From NCBI GenBank assembly GCA_963717205.1, contig CAVQVP010000005.1, positions 36,261 through 100,260 of the forward strand: DNA of 64,000 nucleotides, in the 5' to 3' direction. Position numbers and translations under genes: made by a program. Position 1 is the stretch's first letter, and every line of letters starts with the position of its first letter. This document shows, piece after piece, positions 27,878 to 35,160 of this stretch. The notes beneath the pieces are model-generated. The model was not told the origin of the DNA. It saw only the letters and a list, made by a program, of their open reading frames with translations, and made no database searches. The DNA is from an uncultured Acidobacteriota bacterium (lineage in GTDB: Bacteria; Acidobacteriota; Terriglobia; Terriglobales; Acidobacteriaceae).

Positions 27878-28356
27878 CGGACCTCGACAACGTTGTGCTT
27901 CGGTTGATATGCGAACAGGCCATTCAAAAAGAGTCTGGGATGGTTAGTCCCGAAGATATCTACATTTCCACTGACGCGCTCAAGATTGAGAGAGAAGATG
28001 TGTTGGATAGCATCGAAGTGCTTGATGGTCGAGGGTACGTCAAGATTAGCCACGTGCTCGGCGGGCGACCGCGTGGGATAAGCCACCTGCGATTAACAAC
28101 GATGGGCTTCGTGTCTTATGCCGAGGCCCACCTCGTTAACTTCGCCGATCTGCGTCGCGCCGTTGCGACCGCTATTGTGAACAAGCAGGATCAGGATAGC
28201 AAAGCGATCGCGTCGGCAGTAGGGGCTAAGAAGTATGTTGTTGATCAGATTTTGAACGAGTTCGAGAATTTAGGATGGCTTCAGCTCTCGAAATCCTTGA
28301 ACGACACAGTGTACGTATTAAAGACCAGCCCGGAACTGAAGCGCGCATTTCGTTAG
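27811..28356 (+). CDS. Protein with two winged-helix-like repeats (third gene of the TIR operon, or the C-terminal part of a split TIR fusion)
   Basis: The frame is open from 27589. A plausible start is GTG 27811, right after GGAGGG. Motifs: EVLDGRGYVKISHVLGG...HLRLTTMGF and VVDQILNEFENLGWLQLSKSLNDTVYVLKTSPELK. Overlaps the TIR ORF in the -1 frame. Confidence 0.6.
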   Translation: MSSNKGDSTASLPGSGVAIPSLTDLDNVVLRLICEQAIQKESGMVSPEDIYISTDALKIEREDVLDSIEVLDGRGYVKISHVLGGRPRGISHLRLTTMGFVSYAEAHLVNFADLRRAVATAIVNKQDQDSKAIASAVGAKKYVVDQILNEFENLGWLQLSKSLNDTVYVLKTSPELKRAFR

Positions 28357-28387
28357 CCGATTCGGAGACACGCCAAAGAACGACCAC

Positions 28388-28714
28388 TTATTGCGATCTG
28401 GGATTCAATAACCGCTCGACTCTCTCCGGCTCGCAGGCAATGATCTTCAAATAAGCCTGGGTTGGCCGGTCCGGTTGCGCGCGCCCTTGCTCCCAGTCTC
28501 GCAGCGTGCCAAGCGGGATATGGTAGCGGACGGCGAATTCCTCCTGCGTTAGTGCCAGAGCGCGGCGAATGATTTTTGCCTGGGGCGTTCGCTTCATCCG
28601 CCTAAGATCTTCGGAAGTCAACGGTCGCGCGTCGCGGTCAGCACGGGCGGCTGCCTCGACGGCCGCGGGCGCCATAGGCCTAAGCGTTTTGCCGGAAGTA
28701 GTCGTCTTGCTCAT
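28388..28714 (-). CDS. HTH antitoxin partnered with BrnT (BrnA-like/Xre-type)
   Basis: RRALALTQEEFAVRYHIPLGTLRDWEQGRAQPDRPTQAYLKIIACEP is an HTH_3-type module. Overlaps the toxin gene by 35 nt. Confidence 0.8.
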   Translation of the reverse strand: MSKTTTSGKTLRPMAPAAVEAAARADRDARPLTSEDLRRMKRTPQAKIIRRALALTQEEFAVRYHIPLGTLRDWEQGRAQPDRPTQAYLKIIACEPERVERLLNPRSQ

Positions 28715-28963
28715 ATTGCGTTGCCCTTCGGGCTGAAATAATGCGAATGCGTTCCGCGCGCTCGGTATAGGCTACGAATAACAAAGCCTTGCCCTCGGCC
28801 GCCCCGATGATGACAAAACGCTCCTCTCCATGTTCTTCTCTGTCATCCAGCCGCTCAATGGCGAACGGGTCACTGAACACGGTCTTCGCCAAATCGAAGC
28901 TCACACCATGTCTGCTGAAGTTCGCTTTAGCCTTGACCTTGTTCCACTCAAATTCCAGCTTAA
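28680..28963 (-). CDS. brnT: BrnT-family toxin (ribonuclease toxin), non-canonical start
   Basis: Own translation upstream of the track start gives IKLEFEWNKVKAKANFSRHGVSFDLAKTVFSDPFAIERLDDREEHGEERFVIIGAAEGKALLFVAYTERAERIRIISARRAT, a full BrnT fold signature. The conserved N-terminus has no in-frame ATG/GTG/TTG, only ATT (28963) or CTG (28981). Confidence 0.75.
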
Positions 28964-29226
28964 TAGTACTACGGGATACCAGTAGTTAGTCAACCACACT
29001 CCAACAATAAGTACCTTTTCCACAACCTGTCTGTGACATCCGATCTTGTCCACAGCCCATCCCGTGCGTAATCGAGGTCGTGACGGTTGGCACAAGCCAA
29101 TTCGTCGTGCCCCGAACTCCTGGGAGTGACAAAATTGCCAGAGTGGCAGAAACTGCGGGTCGGAGCTGTCCTGCCTCAGTTGGAAATGGAGAAAGCGTTC
29201 GTCCGTTAAGATAACGGAGCGAACGT

Positions 29227-29541
29227 ATGAGGAAGGAACGGAAGCACTTCACCCCTGAAGAAAAAGTAGCCATCCTGAGGCGGCATCTTGTGGACAAAGT
29301 GCCAGTCTCGGAGCTCTGTGAAGAACTGGGTCTGCGCCCAACGGTGTTCTACCGCTGGCAGAAGGAACTGTTCGAGAACGGAGCCGCCGCTTTTCAGTCT
29401 CAAGAGCGTCCCCAGCGACAAGTGGAGGAGAAGCAGAAACGGATCGAGTTCTTGGAGAAGAAGGTACAGACCAAGGATGAGGTCCTGGCTGAGCTGATGG
29501 CGGAGCACATCGCGCTAAAAAAAAGTCTTGGGGAACTCTAA
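29227..29541 (+). CDS. IS3 transposase OrfA (HTH)
   Basis: FTPEEKVAILRRHLVDKVPVSELCEELGLRPTVFYRWQKEL plus a leucine-zipper-like tail. Confidence 0.9.
   Translation: MRKERKHFTPEEKVAILRRHLVDKVPVSELCEELGLRPTVFYRWQKELFENGAAAFQSQERPQRQVEEKQKRIEFLEKKVQTKDEVLAELMAEHIALKKSLGEL
29517..29525 (+). promoter_or_regulatory. Programmed -1 ribosomal frameshift site (A8 followed by G)
   Basis: CTA AAA AAA AGT in the orfA frame. A -1 slip reads AAA AAA AAG TCT TGG... and continues directly into the orfB frame (..SWGTLTGIWVPHDVRDL..). Confidence 0.8.
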
Positions 29542-29552
29542 CCGGTATCTGG

Positions 29553-30497
29553 GTGCCGCATGATGTGCGGGATCTAGTCGTGGATTTCGTCCGGCGCTGG
29601 TCGGAGAAGGCCGAGATCGGCGTCGGACGGTTCATCCCGTGGCTGGGCGTGACCGCGAGCAAGTTCTATGACTGGCGGCAGCGATACGGGTGCGTCAACG
29701 AGCACAACGGTTGGGTTCCCCGTGATTTCTGGTTGGAGCCGTGGGAGAAAGAAGCAATCATCGGGTTCCATCTGAAGACCCCGCTGGAAGGCTATCGGCG
29801 GCTGACGTTCATGATGCTCGACGCTGACGTTGTGGCGGTTAGTCCGGCGAGCGTTTGGCGAGTATTGAAGCAAGCTGGATTATTATCTCGGTGGAAGAGC
29901 AAGCCATCGCGCAAGGGAACTGGTTTCGAGCAGCCGCTGCAGGCGCATCAGCACTGGCATATCGACGTTTCTTACATCAACCTGTGCGGCACGTTCTATT
30001 ACTTGTGCAGCATTCTGGATGGGTTCAGTCGTTTCCTCGTGCATTGGGATCTGCGTGAGTCCATGCGAGAAGCTGATGTCGAGGTGATCCTGCAGCGAGC
30101 CAAGGAGAAGTACCCGGAAGCGAAGCCGCGAATCATCTCGGACAATGGTCCGCAGTTCATTGCTCGCGACTTCAAGGAGTTCATTCGCATCTCGGGCATG
30201 ACGCACGTCCGAACCTCCCCTTACTATCCGCAGTCGAATGGCAAGATTGAGCGCTGGCACAAGTCGCTGAAAAGCGAGTGCATTCGACCGAGGACGCCGC
30301 TGTCACTGGAAGATACAAGGCGTCTGGTCGGGGGCTACGTGGAGCATTACAACAACGTCCGCCTGAACAGTGCCACCGGCTACATCACGCCTAAGGACGT
30401 GCTGGCGGGGCGACAGGCGGAGATCCACGCAGAACGCGACCGCAAGCTGGAAGCTGCCAGACAGCAACGTCAGAGTCGCCGCCAGCGGGCGGCGTGA
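29553..30497 (+). CDS. IS3 transposase OrfB (DDE integrase core)
   Basis: HWHIDVSYI (D), ISDNGPQF (D), YYPQSNGKIERWHKSLKSE (E). In the -1 frame relative to orfA. Confidence 0.9.
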   Translation: MPHDVRDLVVDFVRRWSEKAEIGVGRFIPWLGVTASKFYDWRQRYGCVNEHNGWVPRDFWLEPWEKEAIIGFHLKTPLEGYRRLTFMMLDADVVAVSPASVWRVLKQAGLLSRWKSKPSRKGTGFEQPLQAHQHWHIDVSYINLCGTFYYLCSILDGFSRFLVHWDLRESMREADVEVILQRAKEKYPEAKPRIISDNGPQFIARDFKEFIRISGMTHVRTSPYYPQSNGKIERWHKSLKSECIRPRTPLSLEDTRRLVGGYVEHYNNVRLNSATGYITPKDVLAGRQAEIHAERDRKLEAARQQRQSRRQRAA

Positions 30498-30577
30498 TGG
30501 ATGAACGGATTGCTCCCGGTTGGCCTCCCTGAGCAGTCCCTGCATCTCGGTACACGCGCGGCGGTGGACTAGGTCCT

Positions 30578-31072
30578 CTAGCGTTCGGCAACTCGCGGCT
30601 CACCGATAGGCCCGCCGGCCAGGCGCATTGCGTCTTCGCTTCGAGCCGCGGCTTCGAATGGGGAAGAACCGGAGGAGGGTAACAGCAGCACCGCATCGCG
30701 ATCATTTGGCAAGGAAGCTGTCTCTACCGCTTTTCGCTTTTTCCGGAGGTCATCTATTGCCAAATTGCGGGCGATCGCGAAGAGCCATGGATCAAACCGC
30801 TGCCGCCCGTTGTACTGGCTGCCCCGTTGCAGCACCCGAATCCAGGTCTCCTGCGCAAGGTCCTCAGCATACTCTCGCCTCCCGGTGAGGTATAGCAGGT
30901 AGCGCACCAGTCGATGCTGACAGCGCTCCACCAGGTCTGCAAGAAGCTCCGTATCCCTTTCACGTAAGCCTCGCGCAATCTTTGCCGTTTCGGTTTCGGC
31001 CGTCGTATTCAAGGTCATGGGAAGAGCCAACATATATCCTGTAATACGATCAGACCCCAGCGGATTACTCAA
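30578..31072 (-). pseudogene. ECF-type sigma-70 factor truncated after region 2/linker (region 4 missing)
   Basis: Region 2 is present (AEDLAQETWIRVLQRGSQYNGRQRFDPWLFAIARNLAIDDLRKKRK). The ORF ends ...AMRLAGGPIG-EPRVAER*, with the last codons lying inside the putative IS end. No region 4 HTH. Confidence 0.7.
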
Positions 31073-31400
31073 CTTTTGACCGAAAAGTCACGCTAAGATT
31101 TGCCTCTGACGGATATCGGATCAATGGGCGGCAACGGCCTGACGTGTACAACTCGTTGATTGGTAGACCCCAAACTAGGGCAATAATATACCTGCCTAAC
31201 CAAAGCCAAAGAACGACCCCCCAGATGGCGGGTTTTTATTCTTGGGATTCAACAATCGCGGCAGCAAGAAGGCTACCGTCCATGACGGCTAGCGGTTTCA
31301 GATGGTCCCCTCGAACGTTGCCGGAAGGTCGGGCCAGAGAACTTTAGGCGCTTTTTTTGAGCAGCTTTGCGTAGCCAGGATTTTGTGACATGATTGACTG

Positions 31401-31658
31401 GTGGCGAGATGGGAGCGACGTCGAGCGCAATCGATGAACCGCCACAAGCACGTTCAGTGGAAGGAAGGTGAACCGAAGCTGAAGCTGCGAAGTTTTGCTG
31501 TACCGATAGCTCTGTTCTTCATCTTCATATACGCAGCGCAGTGGGCGTTCCGTTTCCCGAGGGGAAACCTAGTCAACTTGGCGGCGGGGATTATCTTTGC
31601 TGGAACCGCGGCATTCCTCTGGACACTAAAGCCACGGAAAAATCGCCACAAGAGATGA
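31401..31658 (+). CDS. Hypothetical small two-TM protein
   Basis: ORF only. Confidence 0.3.
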   Translation: MARWERRRAQSMNRHKHVQWKEGEPKLKLRSFAVPIALFFIFIYAAQWAFRFPRGNLVNLAAGIIFAGTAAFLWTLKPRKNRHKR

Positions 31659-32136
31659 TTTCCGCATTCTAAATCCGCGTTAAAGTTTCCTTTGCTTTAG
31701 GTAGGTATGTTGTTGCCCAAAATAGGATAGATAGTTGTCGAAACCAGGCGATCACAGCTCACGATTCGGGCCTAGCCGGTCTGGGTTCTGGCGGAATTAC
31801 GGGCCAAACAGATGTTGAGAAACGGCAGGTCGTTGCGGAGCTACAATGATCTCGCCGGGCGAAACGGAAGCGGGCACTGCAGGGATGCAACCATGCCGAG
31901 GGATAACCCGGAGGGCTCATCGAGCCGATGCTCAGCAGCGCGGGAGGCAATCCTCTCGCGCTGTGGATTGCGAGGAAAAAGTCATCGGACGATAGACCCC
32001 CATGCTTTGAAAAATCCCCGCCCCGCAGGGGCGGAATCTACACTAGCGGAGAACGTCGCTTCTCCATTTCACGCTGAGCCAAGACAGAGTGACAAAATAG
32101 CTGAGGGTGTCGCGAGCTCACCCACAACCGTATGAA

Positions 32137-32166
32137 GGAAAAACCCTCCCGCTGGCCGGGAGGGTT
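32137..32166 (-). terminator. Rho-independent terminator of the cold-shock gene
   Basis: Minus strand reads CCCTCCCG-gccag-CGGGAGGG followed by TTTTT, about 20 nt after the csp stop. Confidence 0.75.
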
Positions 32167-32186
32167 GAGAATCTAGAACCGGCGGG

Positions 32187-32390
32187 CTAGGCGCGGACGA
32201 CGTTGCCCGCCTGAAAGCCTTTGGGGCCCTTGAGCAGATCAAACTCCACGGTCTCACCCTCGTTGAGCGAGCGGTAGCCGTTCTCCTGAATCGCGGAGAA
32301 GTGTACGAAAACGTCCTCACCCGTGGAGCGCTGGATAAAGCCATATCCTTTCGCCCCGTTGAACCACTTTACTGTTCCCTTCTCTCTCAC
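32187..32390 (-). CDS. Cold-shock protein (CspA family)
   Basis: [15 protein letters not shown] (RNP1) and VFVHFSAI (RNP2). I prefer GTG 32390, preceded by GGAG with a 6-nt spacer, over the track ATG at 32414. Confidence 0.92.
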   Translation of the reverse strand: MREKGTVKWFNGAKGYGFIQRSTGEDVFVHFSAIQENGYRSLNEGETVEFDLLKGPKGFQAGNVVRA

Positions 32391-32840
32391 AAAAAACTCC
32401 TTTCCTTTAATCATTAAGAATAGTTCCCTGACCCTCCTGTTTTATTGCTCCGGGTGAACCGGAGCGCCCCCTCAGGAAATCCAGTGGAACTCGGTTGCGT
32501 CTCTCTGTGCGGTAGAAAATGCCCCCAAAGAAAAAGACTCCTGATTCGACGGCGCATGAAGAAAATGCGGCGCGAACCTTCGGAGCCTGACCATCGGCGC
32601 TGATTTCTACTGCCTTGCTCAAGACATCAACCTGCCTTACAAAAAGACCATGCCCCCGACCTTCGTCGGCTACAAGCCAGAGATAATAAGGAGTATTAAA
32701 TCGTTACGCAAGAAAAATTAGTGGGAAGAGCACTAAAATAACCGGCGGTCACATTCTAATCTTTAACAGAGTATAAGAAATGGCACGCTGCAGCCTTAGA
32801 ACCTTGGTTCGCCAGGAGACCCGGGGCTAGCTGCAACCCT

Positions 32841-33749
32841 TTGATAGGATTGGTGAAGATGGCGCCCGATCGAGTCACGGATAGCGCGTTCGATCCCGCA
32901 GAGAGAACCTCGCACCTCCCGCCCCGGCGAAGGAGAGCGAACTCCTCCAGTATGGCGATTTCTACGGCGAAGTACCTCCTGCGCACGGACGTGCATACCT
33001 TTGCCTTCTCCGTTGCGGCTAATGCGATTCTCTCGTTTTTCCCTTTCGTAGTGCTGGTGATGACGCTCGTACGGCGCGTTTTTCATTCCCGCGTCATGTA
33101 CGACGTGGTGGTTGAGTTGTTGCGCGACTATCTTCCCGCCGGCCAGGAGTTCGTGATTCGCAACCTGAACGCGATGGTCGACACACGTCATCGCGTCCAG
33201 GTGGTTTCGCTCATTATTTTGTTGGTGACCTCGACCGGCGTATTTATGCCGCTCGAGGTCGCGCTCAATCGCATCTGGCGTTTTCCCAACAATCGCTCGT
33301 ACGTGGGAAATCAATTGATCTCGCTCGGACTGGCCCTGGGCTGTGGAACGCTGGCGATGCTTTCTATCGCCCTGACCGCGGGTAACGTGGCCCTTATGGG
33401 ATTCCTGCTGCGCGGCCACGGTACCGGATTTGTTCGCGTGGCGGGATTTATCGTGATGAAAGTCTTCGCCGTCGCTACCAGCATCGCCATCTTCTTCCTG
33501 ATTTATTGGGTATTGCCTAATGGCAAGGTTCCCGCCCGCGCCGTGCTTCCGACTGCAATCATCATGGGACTACTTTCAGAAGCGCTCAAGTATGGATACA
33601 TATTAGCCCTGCCTCGGCTGAATTTCGGCGAGGTCTATGGGCCCTTCGCGCTATCAGTCAGCATGATGTTTTGGGCCTTCCTTACCGGGCTGCTACTGCT
33701 GTCTGGCGCCCATCTAAGCGCTGAAGAGCATCAGGGGCGCGTGCGCTAG
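32841..33749 (+). CDS. YihY/BrkB (virulence factor BrkB) family membrane protein
   Basis: FAFSVAANAILSFFPFVVLVM and six TM segments typical of YihY. The real start may be ATG 32952 (MAISTAKYLL). Confidence 0.8.
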   Translation: MIGLVKMAPDRVTDSAFDPAERTSHLPPRRRRANSSSMAISTAKYLLRTDVHTFAFSVAANAILSFFPFVVLVMTLVRRVFHSRVMYDVVVELLRDYLPAGQEFVIRNLNAMVDTRHRVQVVSLIILLVTSTGVFMPLEVALNRIWRFPNNRSYVGNQLISLGLALGCGTLAMLSIALTAGNVALMGFLLRGHGTGFVRVAGFIVMKVFAVATSIAIFFLIYWVLPNGKVPARAVLPTAIIMGLLSEALKYGYILALPRLNFGEVYGPFALSVSMMFWAFLTGLLLLSGAHLSAEEHQGRVR

Positions 33750-33796
33750 TTCGGATTTATTGTGTTGGATTCGAAGCCCAGACTGCTGACGCAACT

Positions 33797-34220
33797 CTAC
33801 CTTTGCAGCGGAATGCTGCTGAACGCGATGCCGCGTTTGCGGTTGATGCGGCAGACAATGTCTTCCAGTATCTTCGGCAGAATATTCACGCCCACGGCCG
33901 GCGTCAACGAGTTCTTCTCGACATAATCTTCGGCTCCCGCTTCAATCAGTTTTTGCCGGTTCTTCCCGGTAAGACTGCTGAGCACGACCACCGGAATTTC
34001 AGCAGTGGCAGCATCCATCTTCAAGCGATTCAACACTTCCGGACCACTGACTTTCGGCAAGATCATATCGAGGAGAATCAAGTCGGGCGCCTCCGTCCGC
34101 GCCTGCCTCAGGGCAGACTCGCCGTCCTCCGCGCAGACCACCTTATATCCAGCTTTTTGAAGCACACGCGCGTTTTCGTGCAGCATAGGTTTGCTGTCGT
34201 CAACTCAGGAGAATCTTCAC
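33797..34220 (-). pseudogene. CheY-like receiver (single-domain response regulator) with a 1-nt frameshift before the acidic pocket
   Basis: GGAG then GTG 34220 gives VKILL. One extra base (plus-strand T at 34205) precedes VDDSKPMLHENARVLQKAGYKV...DLILLDMILPKVSG. Removing it restores MKILLVDDSKPML. Confidence 0.75.
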
Positions 34221-34442
34221 GCGAGGCTCCGTTCTTATCAGCTTATCGGCACATTGCGCCAGAAGATTAGCGGACGCTCCGCTTACTTTCGCCGGGCTCG
34301 GGTCCACCTGATAAGACTCAAACCGGGAATGAATCTTGTAATCCACAGGCTGGTTGTGACATCTGTCACCGCAGCGTCTCCACACGACCAGTTAGGATGG
34401 CGTCGGTTTCCCAGAACCCTCTGAGCAGACATTCGTTCCCAG

Positions 34443-35153
34443 GTGACGGCTATGACCGGGACTGGCTGGCGTCTGCTCGCCGCGTTTTTGTTGATTCTCG
34501 TTACTGCGTTGTTGCGCGCGCAGGATGCTGGCGATCGCATCCCTATCCTGACGCCAAACGCGGCTCCATGGAGCTACTCCGAGCCCGGCGCTCCTTTTCT
34601 TCGGCTAGGGCACGATCCGGTTGGCGGTGATCCGATCGGTACCTATCCACGTGGCCCTTATCGGGTTGATCGTGATCCAATTGGTCGTTATCCAGTTGGC
34701 CGTGATCCAGGGTTCCCCCGGCCAATCGTTTTTCCGCAAGTCGTTAAAGCCGCCGGGATTATCTTCTCAGGCCGTGTAATCTCCGTCGGGCGACACCCCT
34801 CATCCAAAGGCGCTCTATCCACGGCGGTTACCTTCAAGGTGGAGCACGCCATGCGTGGCACTTCGGCAGGTCAGAACCTGACGATTCACGAGTGGGCTGG
34901 CCTTTGGAACCGCGGCGAGCGCTACCGCGTCGGCGAACGCGTGCTTCTGTTTTTGTATTCCCCGAGTAGACTGGGCCTGACTAGTCCTGTAGCTGGCCCC
35001 ATCGGCAGATTCGCGATCAAGAACAACGGCGAGATCTTGCTGACTCCACAGCACATTCACTTTCTGGCAACAGATCCCATCCTTGGCGGAAGAACGATTG
35101 CCCCGTATGCCGACTTCTCTTTAGCCGTGCAGCGATCCAGTCGGGAGGAGTGA
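34443..35153 (+). CDS. Hypothetical secreted protein with D-P-I/V-G repeats
   Basis: Signal-like N-terminus and GHDPVGGDPIGTYPRGPYRVDRDPIGRYPVGRDPG. Sits 8 nt upstream of the next gene. Confidence 0.55.
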   Translation: MTAMTGTGWRLLAAFLLILVTALLRAQDAGDRIPILTPNAAPWSYSEPGAPFLRLGHDPVGGDPIGTYPRGPYRVDRDPIGRYPVGRDPGFPRPIVFPQVVKAAGIIFSGRVISVGRHPSSKGALSTAVTFKVEHAMRGTSAGQNLTIHEWAGLWNRGERYRVGERVLLFLYSPSRLGLTSPVAGPIGRFAIKNNGEILLTPQHIHFLATDPILGGRTIAPYADFSLAVQRSSREE

Positions 35154-35160
35154 GCGAAAC

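Larger units (their letters stand above)
29127..30601 (+). mobile_element. IS3-family insertion sequence (boundaries approximate)
   Basis: orfA/orfB layout with an A-run frameshift site. Putative ends are TGACAAAATTGCCAGAG... (from 29127) and, as reverse complement, TGAGCCGCGAGTTGCCGAA... (to 30601), sharing TGA...TTGCC.GA. No target-site duplication confirmed. Confidence 0.7.

Noticed and set aside
29041-29126. Search for the missing region 4 of the truncated ECF sigma factor on the left side of the IS3 element
   Set aside because: None of the three minus-strand frames gives an HTH-like sigma region 4 sequence, so I did not annotate a second sigma fragment.
26308-32186. tRNA gene, integrase or long direct repeats marking the islet as a classical genomic island
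   Set aside because: I found no tRNA-like T-arm (GGTTCGAATCC-type) sequence, tyrosine or serine recombinase ORF, or flanking repeat by eye. The only mobility gene is the IS3 transposase.
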